In this document: positions 28,589-42,000 of the stretch, in pieces
Layout: every line of letters starts with the position of its first letter
Position numbering within the stretch: the stretch's first letter is position 1
Assembly: GCA_964016885.1 (NCBI GenBank)
Contig: OZ024741.1
Span: 53,630,001-53,694,000 of the forward strand
Source of the DNA: Eledone cirrhosa
Lineage: Eukaryota
DNA: 64,000 nucleotides
Direction: 5' to 3'
Program-made: the position numbers and the translations under genes
The notes under the pieces: generated by a model
Databases searched by the model: none
Told to the model about the DNA's origin: nothing
What the model saw: only the letters and a program-made list of their open reading frames with translations

Positions 28589-28854
28589 ATATGTGTTTGT
28601 GTCTATATTGTATCTGTATTATTTTTGACCGTCGGTCAGTCAATGGCAACATTGAGGACCGAGTAAGTTAGATTACCGATATAAAAGACACAGAAGCGAG
28701 AAGCGAAAACCAACCAAACAGTGAGTGTGTTCTGTTATTAATTCTGGCAATATTACACAAATATGACCCTCCCCAAGTATAACAATATTTGTTTCGACAC
28801 ACGATTTCATATAAAAAACCTCGCAAAAGTAATTCATCGCCGCTATATATATAA

Positions 28855-28942
<88 letters not shown>

Positions 28943-28945
28943 ACG

Positions 28946-29122
28946 TATGACCCCGACGGCAGAGCTCAAGCCGTTTCGACGACTATTTCTGGACTACCGT
29001 CGAAACGGCTGTAGCTCTGCCGTCGGGGTCATACTTTCTCCTATTACCCACTCGACTACCCTAAGTATTGAGTACTCTGGTTAGTTATGGTCCGTTGGTT
29101 CCTTACCACAACTCCTCCGTTA
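28946..29122. repeat. Family B hairpin element, inverted relative to 25925-26115
   Basis: Hairpin 28946-29034 plus tail TACCCTAAGTATTGAGTACTC...CCTTACCACAA. Confidence 0.85.
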
Positions 29123-29132
29123 TATATATATA

Positions 29133-29286
<154 letters not shown>

Positions 29287-29453
29287 CAAGAAGCAAAGAA
29301 AATTTCAAAGATACGAAAGATTTCCTGGTGGAAGTTCAGGTGTACTCCGAGTTGATATCCAGTTTCGAGATGAAAGTCCAATCAGAAAATCCCACGAATT
29401 TTGTGAGGTCCACGTAAACGTTGATATGTATATATATATAAATATGTAAAATG

Positions 29454-29831
29454 TAAACAGAAATAACAACACAATCGGTACAGTATATGGAAGGTATATA
29501 TTAGGTTAACGCTTGATATAGCAGGAAGAGGGTCTTAACGTTTCGGACGCTAGTCATTCATCAGAAGAAAAAATGAGAAATAAAATAGATTAAAGGGACG
29601 GGCGGGATGGAATTGGAAAAAATGTCTTTATATAAAAATAACAGGTCCATTCATGTTAACCTCTCTTGCAAAACTCCAACTCGCCCGCCCCCTAAATCTA
29701 TTTTATTTCTAATGTTTCTTCTGATGAAGGACTAGCGTCCGAAAGGTTTAGACCCTCTTCCTGCTATATCAAGTGTTAACCTAATATATACCTTCCATAT
29801 ACTGTACCGATTGTGTTGTTATTTCTGTTTA
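29454..29831. mobile_element. Palindromic (TA)n-flanked element family D with two divergent hammerheads (29533-29568 minus, 29717-29752 plus); fragment at ~16515-16596
   Basis: ~165-bp inverted arms. Consensus TCTT CTGATGA A GGAC-TAGC-GTCC GAAA CG TT AAGA. Confidence 0.85.
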
Positions 29832-29832
29832 A

Positions 29833-29887
<55 letters not shown>

Positions 29888-30280
29888 ATGTGTGTATATA
29901 TATATATATATATGTATGTATATGCATGTATGTGTGCGTATGCATGTATGTGCATGTATGTGTAGATATGTGTATGTGTAGACATTTGTATGTGTATGTG
30001 TGTGTATGTATGTAGGTATAAATATTTATATATATATATATGTGTGCGTGTGTGTGTGTATGTATGTATATGTATATGAGCCATAAATATGTTTACATGT
30101 AGGGAAGTGAATATGTGAGCTAGCATGCCCCCCCCCCCCCCCCGTACACACACACACACACTTCCCCTCCGAAAAAATATCACCAACGTACATTTCTGAC
30201 AAATATTCTGGAACTATCCTTATTTTTCTCTTTGCTGCAATCCTATTCTTATGAAAGACATATATCTGAAAAATCATTAC

Positions 30281-30612
30281 CACCCCCCGCCCACCCGCAC
30301 CCCAGCATCACCACCATTACTCCCCCCCCCCCCCGCATCCCCCCCCCCCCCCGCACCCCAGCATCCCCCCGCCCACCAGCAACCCAGCATCACCACCACC
30401 AGACGCCCCCCCCCCCCCCGCACCCCAACATCACCCCCCCGCACACCCACCCGCCCGCACCCCAGCATCACCACCACCACCCGCCCCCGCACCCCAGAGT
30501 CACCATCCGCCCACCCGCACCCCAGTATCACCACCACCAGACGCCCCTCCGCACCCCAGCATCACCCCCCCGCCCACATGCACCCCACCATCACCACCAC
30601 CAGACGCACGCC
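30281..30612. repeat. C-rich minisatellite (CCGCACCCCAGCATCACCACCACC-like)
   Basis: About 10 degenerate copies; G-runs on the minus strand. Confidence 0.8.
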
Positions 30613-30856
30613 TAAATTCATCTTTAATATAGACAATTATTGAAGGTATTCTTTATAAATTTAAGATAGTTGATTCAGCTATAAAAAAAGAATTTGAAAA
30701 ACAAGCTCCCATTATATTCATCAAAAGTCATTTATTGAAATGGAACCAGCAGGAGGGCACGTTTACAACCCTTAAACACTCCCTAAACAACCCAACACCA
30801 CTGCCAATCAATTATCTTGCTGTTACCATTCACTATTTTCTGTATATATATATATA

Positions 30857-31657
30857 CTAGCAGCTGAGCCCGGTTGCACCCGGGACCACCTTTTATTAAG
30901 TTAATATTTTGAAAAATATTATTGAAAGTTTATTATAAAGAAGCAGTTTCAGGGGAAAAAAATAGAAATATGCACTTGCGGCTGGACGGCGTACAATGAG
31001 AAGTGGAGCGACGTGAAAAGCGTTGTTTATTAACAGCGAAATAGCAATGTCGATGATATGCAATTTGAAATACTACTTACTGTTAGTGGTGGTTAACATG
31101 TATTAGAATTAAAATAAAAACACGCGTCCCTTTGAGGGTTTTATTTCTTTTGATGGAAAACAGTGACCGTACTGCAGAATCGATTTCATAAAACGGTATT
31201 GTATGATCGTTAAATGTAGAAGGATGATAGTTTATTAACAGCGAAATAGCAATATCGATGATATGCAAGTTTAAAAATGCATATTATGAAGGTTTGTATG
31301 ATAGTTTACATTTTTTCCTGAAACTGCTTCTTTATAATAAACTTTCAATAATATTTTTCAAATTATTGGTACCGTATGTTAACAGCGAAAGAACGTTGAT
31401 TAGTTTAAAAATCTGTATGAAATTGTAAATAACTCAGCCAAGTATTAGAACAGGGGGAAATAACTCACCGAACGCGATAGTAAATAGACCGTTTGGGGGC
31501 CCTAGGGACCACATTTTTCAAGTTAGAGATTTGAAAACTCGCCTATTTTCTTCCTTGGCACTTTTTACATAGGTGTGTAAATTTTCATGTCCGTCCGACC
31601 ACGTCTACTACCATTTAACCGTGCACATCTGAATTTCAACCACCGCCCATTTCACAA

Positions 31658-31660
<3 letters not shown>
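30857..31660 (-). mobile_element. Non-autonomous Helitron-like element (5' end uncertain)
   Basis: Minus strand 3' hairpin CCCGG-GTGCAA-CCGGG then CTAG|T. Internal ~55-bp inverted repeat (30905-30960/31311-31365) and ~39-bp direct repeat (31025/31230). Confidence 0.55.
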
Positions 31661-31729
<69 letters not shown>

Positions 31730-32020
31730 AATTCCTTTAAATCTTCATCAACACTCCTTCACTGCCACACTCATTAACACCCCACCCCAGACACACCCAA
31801 ATCTCTCTTATATACTGAGTCACACAACACAACCTGATCTCAGTTTGACAATTGCCACCGTCGAATGCGAGAAAGTTTTCCAGGAAAGTTAACCAGGAAT
31901 TTTTTAAAATCTTCCCATCGAAGTTAACAAAGTACTTACTAGATCTACCAAATCATAATATTACAAAATAAAATAAAATTGTTTAGAACTACAAGTGAAG
32001 TTATTATTTTACTTTTTTAA

Positions 32021-32108
<88 letters not shown>

Positions 32109-33304
32109 AATATATATACTGGTTTGGGTTTTAGATTCCCGATAATGGGATTGTGAATTCAATAACCGTATCAGGAGGTGGGATGCGTTCTTTGGCAAGA
32201 CATTTTATTGACGTTAATTTTGTTCATTCTCCTGAAGTAATAAGTATCGACGCCATTGATGCCAAGTGATAACGGCCTTTGCCATTTCTTTGGACAACAT
32301 TGGTGGTGTGGAGAGGGGAGACTGTCATGCATGGGCAACTGATGATCTTACACAAAATCACTTACACGTGTTTGTCCCTAAAGGATGAATTTTCTATGTA
32401 CAAAACCCATGACCGAAGCGTGTCTTTGCCCTCCTGTAGAAATTTCAAATGCAGAATATCACTGTAACTGCAATCAATTGCTATGAATAAAGCTTAGAAA
32501 ATGAAGTAATATAGCCCTATAGAGGAAAATAAAACACTCTGATTGTTGACGTACCGAAGAATTGTGACTACTTCCATGTTACACATTCGGACGGTCGGAT
32601 CTAAGGAACTGGAGACATTTCATTGTCATGGAGGCATGTGATACTCCAATCGCCACAACGAAACCTCCGCCGTCTGTGCCTCCAGTCACGCCATGTTTTT
32701 ACTGCATGTGTAATGAAGGATGGCGTCAAACAAACACAAACAGGCTTACAAAGTGACACATCATCAGATATTACAAAGGCGAATTTTAGTGCGACATTAG
32801 ACTCACTGTAAAACCTCGCTGTCCTGTATTTTCCAAATTATAGAAATCCTTTTAATAGTAAAATAAACAAACACTAACCATACGATATCCAAGCTACCTC
32901 ATAGGATAAGTACCCCCAAACGAAGCGGCAAGACTACAACGTATTTTTCGTCATAAGAAACCACATTGAACAAAGCCACACAACACTAAGAGGTAACACT
33001 CCAAAGTCAGTCCTGAAAAGGTCTAATAATCACTGGAGACAAACAACAATCTACCAAACCATACAAAACAAGGAAAAGAATTTTAGTTGTTTCAATTCAC
33101 CAATCCAATATACAACACGGTTTTGACATGTTGCGAAAGGCTTTTTCGTATTTAATTGATAATTATACTTATATATATATAAGTTTACGTATATCACACA
33201 CATATATATATACGTACGTGTCTATATCTATCAATCTAACTATCTATCTATTTATCCTTTTATCTATCTATCTTTCTATCTCTCTGTCTATCTATCTATC
33301 TATC

Positions 33305-36300
33305 AGAGACCACCACCACACCAAACAACCCCTTCAACACCCCCATGGAAATTGTGCAGCCTGGTCCCCAGGAGACAAAGAGGTGAGTGATTTCTTTTCT
33401 TCTTCAGCACCAACATGGCCAATATGAGAGTTGGATGTGTGAATGTACGCGGCCTGGGGATGCCCGGGAAACAGGGCAAACTCTTAAACGACCTCAGGTC
33501 GCACAGTATGGATGTAGTAGCAATTTGCGAGTCCAGGATCCACAGCGAGCCGGAACTGGCCCCCATCTTTGACGACTTTGAGATCTACGCATATCTCTGA
33601 CAGCCGAATGGTGGGGGTGGGGTTGCCGTTTTGCTGCGGAAACACCTGGACCTCGTAACTTAGACGGTACATCTGGACCGGAGGGTCTACTGGTGGTCCT
33701 AGACGCTGACGGTAGTGAAAGTGGAGCCTTCAGGCTGGTGGCCGCATATGGCTCATCCGGGACACCGCGACCAGACTTCTTCAAACGTCTAGAGACTTTT
33801 CTGTGAACGCCCCGTTCCCTGCTGTTAGTGGGGGATTGGAATGAAATTCTAGATGCACGTTGAGACTATGTGGGAGCATGTCCCAATAGAGGGGGGTGTA
33901 AAAGCCTCAAACAGTTAATCGGCCGATTTGACCTGGCCGATAGATATCGACTAGATTTTTCGACTGTGCCACTGTGGTCGTGGAGTAATCGTAGCGGATC
34001 ATCTAGATCGTACATAGATAGGGTTCTAGTTAGAAATAAGGATAGGGACATGTTAAGAAGCACTTGACGGGGCCATTGTCAACAACAGATTTTGGTACTC
34101 TCTCAAGAGGGCAGTTAGATTCGATTCGATAGGTTTTAGTAAAGAATTAGTGTTAGATAGAAAAGGAACTGGTAGATAAAGTAGAAGAGGCACTTAGGAG
34201 TGGCAACGTAGCCAGCGTGCTAGCGACGAGAACGGCCTTGGACCAGTACTTCGACGCAAAACATGAAGGCTGCGTTGTCAGAAACAAAATACGTGCTCTG
34301 GGAAACGAGGGAGCCAAAGCTGTTAGCTGGGCCCGAGTGACGGAGGCGAAAAGTGGCAACAAGTCCACGATTCGGTATTTGAAGGACCAAGATGGACGCG
34401 TGATACGTGAGCCGAAGCAAATGTGCGCGGCCTTTCAGCGGCACTTTGCTCAACTGTTCTGGCAGAGCGGCGCGCCGAGAGGAGCTATGGATTTCGATTC
34501 ATACCTCGACGGCCTACCGCGAATCTCGGACAGGTAGACGAAGTTCTGCAAAAGGCCGGTTTCGGCCGCTGAGATAGTGGACGCGCTGAGCTAATGCGGC
34601 AAAGGTAAATATCCAGGTCTCGCCGGTCTACCCTACGAATTTTACGTAGCAATGCCGGACTTGTTCTCCTGTCTCCTGCAACTGGCAGCAGAACGGGAGA
34701 ATTCCCAGTTCTGTGACCAAGGGTGTAATCACGTTAGTCAGGAAGGACGAGAACAAGGGGGATGACATAGGCAACTTCCGGCCCATAACTCTGCTCAACA
34801 CAGAGTTACAGATTTTGACCAAGGTGTTGGCAAAGAGGCTGGTGCCTGTCGTCGAAAACCGAGTGCGAGAAGTGCAGACATGCGCAATCCCGACCATGTC
34901 CATACACGACAACCTCCACCTCATGCGATACATCATAGAGAGGGTAGGGTGTAAACCCGGCTTCAGTGGGGCCCTGATCAACTTGGATCAGTCTAAGGCT
35001 CTCGATAGGGTTGACCATCGTTACCTGGAAGCGGTGCTCGAGCCGGCAGGCTTCGGTCCCGTGTTTAGGAGCTGGATTGCTGCAATGCACAACAGCAACA
35101 TCTGCTCACAGGTCAAGGTGAACGGCTACCTTTCGGAGCCGTTCCATATCACGCGATCCATCTGACAGGGATGCCCTCTCTCCTCCCTTCTGTACGTACT
35201 GACTCTCGAGCCACTACTGCGGAAGTTGGAGCTATTGCAGGGCATCCCTTTGGAACAGGGACTGCGAAAAGCGGCGTCGGACTACGCCGAGGACGTGACA
35301 GTGATTGTGTTGAGCACCTCGCAAATCGGGGAGCTAGGCACATTATTGGAGGAATACGAAAGGTTCACAGGAGCGAAGCTGAACCGGGACAAATCCGTCG
35401 GTTTGCAACTCGGAACGTGGAGAGGCAGACCGATGCCTTCCGATGACGTCGTCGGACGCTGGACGGAAGGACCGGTAAAGCTGCTCGGGTCTGGTTTGGT
35501 CTTGACCTCCAGGTGGAGAAGAACTGGAACGAGGTGACGGTCAAGGTGTTTGCGCTCACCCAGAAGTGGGCCGAGTGCAAACTATCCTTGAAAGGTCGAG
35601 CGGAGGTGGCGAACTCTTTTATAGCGTCCGTCATCTACTACCTTTTGACCGTTGTGTCTTGTCCAGCCAAAACGCTCACCAAAATGGAGCGCGCACTCTT
35701 CCAATTCCTTTGGAAGAAACGGGCTCTTTGGTGAGAAGATCCATCTACTGCCGACACCCTTCAAACGGAGGGCTGCGGATGCCGTGGCTGACGATGCGCA
35801 AACACGCGCCTGCCCACGATTCGTATCGCTGACCGAGCTGCAGTTCTGGGTCAAGCAAAGACCGAGGAAAATGGGTGACTGGCACATCGAATGTGCTCAG
35901 GCACTCACAGTCCTCTGGCAAACGGACCCGGCGATCAGTGGAGACTCCACTTCGACATTCTATAGAGGGTTGGTCCGCAGCAAGTTCGACGACACGCTCG
36001 GAGAATCTCAAGGCGTAGAGGAGAAAGAACTGTCCAGTCTGTTCGGTAGGACCTTCCTCCCGGGACCAATGGACAACTTCCAAAAGTCCCTGGCCTGGCA
36101 GTGCTACCGAGGAGCTCTACCAGTTCGAGACAAGCTCTACAAACACGGGCACTCGGGTAGGTACCCTTCGAAAAAGATCTGTCCGAGATGCGTGCGCGAC
36201 GAGGAAACCGTCGCACACGCATTCATACACTGCCCGGGCGTTACCGACCTGTCGGGCTATGTAGAACGACTATTGTCGCGGATGGGACCAATCCAGTTGA

Positions 36301-36828
36301 CCACCGAGTCCATTGTCATGATCAAACCGCCATCCTCCTTCAAAAACGAGGGAGAAGCGGTTTTCCTATGTGTTATGGCTATGGTGAAAGAGGTTATATG
36401 GTGGACGAGGTTAAAAGGGCTGAGGTCAGACACCTTTCTCTCCGGCGAGCAACTGATTCGTTTTTTCAAATATCATTTTGGAAGAAGAATCAGGATGGAG
36501 AGAGAGGTGCTGTACCCCAGCAAATTTTATTAAAGGTGGGTGAATGTGGCAAAGATGGCCCGAGTGGTTGGGCCTTCTCTCTATATAAGCCTGTAGGTTG
36601 AGGAAAAAGAGGAAGAGAGGAAGGGAGTACTCACTCTTGGTGCTCCTGGAGATGAGGGTTATACATTTTTTCGAGGTGTGTACAACCCCTGTGTAACACC
36701 TCCCCCCTATTGGGGATTTCAATTGTTATTTGCTATTGTATTAATAGTTTTATTTTCACATACCTGTATGTAAAGTCCCCATTTGTATTTGTCCCCTTCT
36801 TTTGTGCCCTTGTGGCTAATAAAGAAAT

Positions 36829-36830
<2 letters not shown>
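33305..36830 (+). pseudogene. 5'-truncated, decayed Tx1/L1-type LINE (end of ORF1 + ORF2) between (TATC)n tracts
   Basis: MANMRVGCVNVRGL, NFRPITLLN, DYAED, CPRC..ETVAHAFIHC with many stops and deletions. Highly similar to 38920-42630. AATAAA then (TATC)n. Confidence 0.92.
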
Positions 36831-36862
<32 letters not shown>

Positions 36863-37087
36863 CTCTATCAGTCGTGTGTCACTTCGCGGAGAAGTTTCCG
36901 TTAATTTATGTAAGGAAAAAACGTGAGTTTTTAGTTCAATTTTATATCATTGTGTAACTTGACCACCCGTCTGGACCTTCAGGTGGTGGGTCAACTCATT
37001 TTCGCCCCTTCAGGGGCGGAATATCCATTTAAAAAATGTTTCTCCATCGAATCTTGGAAAAAAATATTGTAAAACTTTGATTACGTT

Positions 37088-39004
37088 ATGAACGCTGCGT
37101 CCAACGATAATGGTGGTGGAGAGGCGGTAAGACTACAAAGCTCGCAGTCAACAACGTCTTCTTCACTAGATACTATAGAGATGGAAAGACAAAATGAAAA
37201 TAAAAAAACGAATTCACATCCAAACAACACAAATGACACCAAACAGCTCAATGACAACAAAAATAACAGCAAAACCAATAATGATGATAAAAGCAACAAT
37301 GATAACAACAACAAAGAAAAAAATAAAGACAACGCCAATAACACCAGCATCAAAGACAACAACAACACCAAGGAAAATACGGATGATACCAACATCGGTG
37401 ACAACAAGAATAACAACAAGAACAACAACAATAATGACAACACCACCAATACGGATTCCACAAAGAAACCAAAAATCTCCTTTGCGGAGAAAGTTCAAAA
37501 GAAAGAACAATTGATATATCTCGACATAACAAATGCTGAACACCTTTTAAAGGACGCTAAGAGATATGTCACCTTCGAAAAAAATGGTGCTTTCAGCATC
37601 AATTCTCCGGTAGAAATTCGCAAGGAAACTGCTCTCAAAACGATAGTTTTTAGGACAGTTTCCAATTCTACCCGAAAACCAGTCCAATTGTCACAGAAAG
37701 ATATTGAACTGGTTTTCAAAGATTCAATGAATGATATTGCATTCATTCAAAGAAGCAAACTTTTTGGGAGTATTTCGGTACTGATGAAGGATCAATTGAC
37801 GGCCCAAAATTACTCTGTGTCGCCAATTGTATCCAACCTGTACACCTTTTTCCCTACATACATGGGAAAAAGGACACAAAAGATCAGAATCACAAGTGTC
37901 ACACCAAAGGTGAACATATGGTGGATACTGTGCGGCTTCATCAATTTTGATGAAGACAGAATACTGTCAGTAGGCAAGTCCCCCAGAGATGTATTCAATG
38001 GGACTAGCATTGAAGTTCTGGTGCAAATGAGCCCAGAGCGAATATCTATGATCCCACAGCGTGTACTCCTGGACGGACTCACCTACATAAACCTTTCGGT
38101 TGAGGGTAGGCGGCCTTCATGTTACCATTGCTTTAGCAGGGGTCACCTGAGGGCTTCCTGTCCTAAACTAATGAACCAAAAAAAGGCTCTTCTGCCGACA
38201 CCCATCAAAACAACACAACCACCAACACCACCACAACAACAACAACACCAACACACAAAAATAACCACAACAAACATAGTCCCACCCAACCCCACTCCAC
38301 CTAAAACCACTGCAAAATCACATACAGACACAACAGCTCCCCAATACATACCCCTCCCCAATCACACAGACGATACAACAGATGAGGCTATCTCGCCATC
38401 ACCCAGTGAAGACGAGGGAGAACCCCATCGCTCGAAAAGAAAGAAAAGACATCACAAAAGCAAAAAACCAGCAAACACTACCACAAACATACAACCACCA
38501 ACACAAACAACAAAAATATCACAAACAAAACCCCCACCTCCTGAAAACAAAATACCTACAACAAAACGAAAGCACACACAAGAACTACAGACAAAAACAA
38601 ACACAACACAAGAAAATTACACTTACACTTACATAAACACTGAAAACAAAACACTAATGGAGACCATCACGAACGACCCTTCGGTTTTCACCGAAGGGAA
38701 AACTTTCGCCCACTCTATAAAAAATAGCAAAAAACTGAACCTAAAACTGATTAGGGTTCCTATACAAACTTATAGGTCCCTAAAAGAAACATTTGAGAAG
38801 GATGTGGGGAATTCCTGCGTGAAACCACTCAACCGCGTCCTTCGCAAATGTCTCCCCACCCCAGACACCCCCATCCCACCAGACCCCACCCCACCAAACA
38901 TCTGCGTCCCCACCCCGCCGGAAACCACCACCCATCCAGACAACCCCTCCAACACCCCCATGGAAATCGTGCGGCCTGGTCCCCAGGAGGCGAAGGGTGA
39001 GTGA
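37088..39004 (+). CDS. LINE ORF1 nucleic-acid-binding protein (Asn-rich N-terminus, CCHC zinc knuckle, Pro/Thr-rich tail)
   Basis: 638-aa ORF; SFAEKV; CYHCFSRGHLRASC knuckle; directly upstream of ORF2. Confidence 0.88.
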   Translation: MNAASNDNGGGEAVRLQSSQSTTSSSLDTIEMERQNENKKTNSHPNNTNDTKQLNDNKNNSKTNNDDKSNNDNNNKEKNKDNANNTSIKDNNNTKENTDDTNIGDNKNNNKNNNNNDNTTNTDSTKKPKISFAEKVQKKEQLIYLDITNAEHLLKDAKRYVTFEKNGAFSINSPVEIRKETALKTIVFRTVSNSTRKPVQLSQKDIELVFKDSMNDIAFIQRSKLFGSISVLMKDQLTAQNYSVSPIVSNLYTFFPTYMGKRTQKIRITSVTPKVNIWWILCGFINFDEDRILSVGKSPRDVFNGTSIEVLVQMSPERISMIPQRVLLDGLTYINLSVEGRRPSCYHCFSRGHLRASCPKLMNQKKALLPTPIKTTQPPTPPQQQQHQHTKITTTNIVPPNPTPPKTTAKSHTDTTAPQYIPLPNHTDDTTDEAISPSPSEDEGEPHRSKRKKRHHKSKKPANTTTNIQPPTQTTKISQTKPPPPENKIPTTKRKHTQELQTKTNTTQENYTYTYINTENKTLMETITNDPSVFTEGKTFAHSIKNSKKLNLKLIRVPIQTYRSLKETFEKDVGNSCVKPLNRVLRKCLPTPDTPIPPDPTPPNICVPTPPETTTHPDNPSNTPMEIVRPGPQEAKGE

Positions 39005-39037
39005 TCTCTTTTCCTCTTTTAACTTTTCAGCACCAAC

Positions 39038-42000
39038 ATGGCCAATATAAGAGTTGGATGTGTGAACGTACGCGGCCTGGGGATGCCCTGGAAACAGGGC
39101 AAACTCTTAAACGACCTCAGGTCGCACAGTTTGGATGTGGTAGCCATTTGCGAGTCCAGGATCCACGGCGACCGACAGCTGGCCCCCATCTTCGATGACT
39201 TTGAGATCTACGCATATCTCTGTCAACCGGGTGGTGGGGGCGGAGTTGCCGTTTTGCTGCGGAAACACCTGGGCCTCGTAACACAGACGGTACATCTGGA
39301 CCCGGAGGGTCGACTGGTGGTCCTAGACGTTGACGGTAATGAAGGTGGAGCGTTCAGGCTGGTGGCCGCATATGCCCCATCCGGGACACCGCGGCCGGAC
39401 TTCTTCAAACGTCTAGAGACTTTTCTGGGAACGTCCCGCTCCTTGCTTTTAGTGGGGGACTGGAATGGAATCCTAGATGCACGTTGGGACTATGTGGGAG
39501 CATGTCCCGATAAAGGGGGGTGTAACAGCCTCAAACAGTTAATCGACCGATTTGACCTGGCCGATAGATATCGACTAGATTTTCCGACTGCGCCACTGTG
39601 GACGTGGAGTAATCGTAGCGGAACATCTAGATCGTACCTAGATAGGGTTCTAGTTAGAAATAAGGATAGGGACATGTTAAGCTGTCCACAAATGTTCATG
39701 GTTGCCTATTCAGATCACAAACTAGTGACCTGCATGGCCAACCTTGATAGAACCCATAGACAAGGACCCGGCTACTGGAAGCTGAACTTGTCGTTACCGA
39801 CAAGCAAAGCCTACAGTAGACGGATTAGCACTTTAGTTAAACAGCACTTGACAGGGGCCATTGTCAACAACAGATGGTGGTACTCTCTCAAGAGGGCAGT
39901 TAGATTAGACTCGATAGCTTTTAGTAAATAATTAGCGTTAGATAGAAATAGAACCGAGAAGGAACTGGTAGATAAAGTAGAAGAGGCAATTAGAAGTGGC
40001 AACGTAGCCAGCGTGCTAGCAACGAGAACGGCCTTGGACCAGTTCTTCGACGCAAAGCCCGAGTGACGGAGGCAAAAAGTGGCAACAAGTCCACGATTCG
40101 GTCTTTGAAGGACCAAAACGGACGCGTGATACGTGAGCCGAAGCAGATGTGTGCGGCTTTTCAGCGGCACCTTGCTCGGCTGTTCGGGGGGAGCGGCACG
40201 CCGGGAGAGGCTATGGATTTCGGTCCATACCTCGACGGCCTACCGCGACTCTCGGACAGCGAGGCGAAGTTCTGCGAAAAGCCGATTTCAGCCACTGAGA
40301 TAGGGGACGCGCTGAGCCAATGCGGCAAACGCAAATCTCCAGGTCTCGACGGTCTACCCTACGAATTTTACGTAGCAATGCCGGACTTATTCTCCGGTCT
40401 CCTGGAAGCGGTCTACTGGAGAATTCCCAGTTCTGTAACCGGGGGCGTGGTCACACTAATCAGGAAGGACGAGAATAAGGGGGATGACATAGGCAACTTC
40501 CGGCCCATAACTCTGCTAAACACAGAGTTACAGATTTTGGCCAAGGTGTTGGCAAAGAGGCTGGCGCTTGTCGTCGAGAACCTGGTGGGAGAAGCGCAGA
40601 CATGCGCAATCCCAACCAGGTCCATACACGACAACCTCCACCTCATGCGATACATCATAGAGAGGGTAGGGTGTAAACCCGGCTTCGGTGGGGCCCTGAT
40701 CAACTTGGATCAGTCTAAGGCTTTCGATAGGGTTGACCATCGTTACCTGGATGCAGTGCTCGAGGCGGCAGGCTTCGGACCCGTGTTCAGGGGCTGGATT
40801 GCTGCAATGCACAACAGCAACATCTGCTCACAGGTCAAGGTGAACGGCTACCTCTCGGAGCCGTTCCATATTACGCGATCCATTCGACAGGGATGCCCTC
40901 TCTCCTTACCTTCTGTACGTACTGACTCTCGAGCCACTACTGCAGGAGCTGGAGCTATTGCAGGGCATCCCTCTGGAACCGGGACTGCGGAAAGCGGCGT
41001 CGGCCTACGCCGACGACGTGACAGTAGTGGTGTCGAGCGCCTCGCAAATCGAGGAAGTCGGCACCTTACTGAAGGAATACGAAAGTCTCACAGGAGCGAA
41101 GCTGAACCGGGACAAGTCCATCGGTTTGCAACTCGGATCGTGGAGAGGCAGACCGATGCCTTCCGATGGCGTCGTCGGACGCTGGACGGAAGGACCGGTA
41201 AAGCTGCTCGGTGTCTGGTTTGGTCCGGACCTCCAGGTGGAGAAGAACTGGAACGAAGTGACGGCCAAGGTGTTTGCACTCACCCAGAAGTGGGCCGAGT
41301 GCAAACTATCCTTGAAAGGTCGAGCGGAGGTGGCGAACACTTTTATAGCGTCCACCATCTACTACCGCTTGACCGTCGTGCCTTGTCCAGCCAAAACGCT
41401 CGCCAAAATGGGGCGCGCGCTCTTCCGATTCCTTTGGAAGAGGCGGGCTCCTTTGGTGAGAAGATCCATCTGCTGCCAACACCCTTCTAACGGAGGGCTG
41501 TGGATGCCGTGGTTGACGATGCGCAAACACGCGCTCAGGCTGCGGCATCTCTACGTATTCCTCACCGGACAACCGGTGTGGGCCCCGTTCGTGAGGCGAG
41601 CCTTCCCACGACTCGTCTCGCTGACCGAGCTGCAGTCCTGGGTCAAGCAAAGACCGAGGAAAATGGGCGACTGGCACATCGAATGTGCTCAGGCGCTCAC
41701 AGCCCTCTGGCAGGCGAACCCGGAGATCAGTGGAGACTCCACTTCGTCATTCTATAGAGGGTTGGTCCGCAGCAAGTGCGACGACGCGCTTGGTGAAACT
41801 CTAGGCGTAGAGGAAGATGAACTGGCCAGTCTGTTCGGTAGGACCTTCCGCCCGGGACCGATGGACAACTTCCAAAAGTCCCTGGCCTGGCAGTGCTACC
41901 GAGGAGCTCTACCAGTTCGAGACAAGCTCTACAGACATGGGCGCCCGGGCAGGGACCCTGCAAAAAAGATCTGTCCGAGGTGCGTGCGAGACGAAGAAAC

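Larger units (their letters stand above)
26126..28845 (+). mobile_element. 5'-truncated Penelope-like retroelement (Neptune-like) inserted in (TA)n
   Basis: Open frame from the (TA)n junction (..VVCLPTDKSGRM). 3' UTR/pLTR with HHR ends at a (TA)n tract. Confidence 0.9.

Noticed and set aside
29345-29390. HHR-like CTGATTG..GAAAC on the minus strand
   Set aside because: Core and stems are too degenerate.
30232-30643. Pro/His-rich protein
   Set aside because: Product of a C-rich minisatellite open in several frames.
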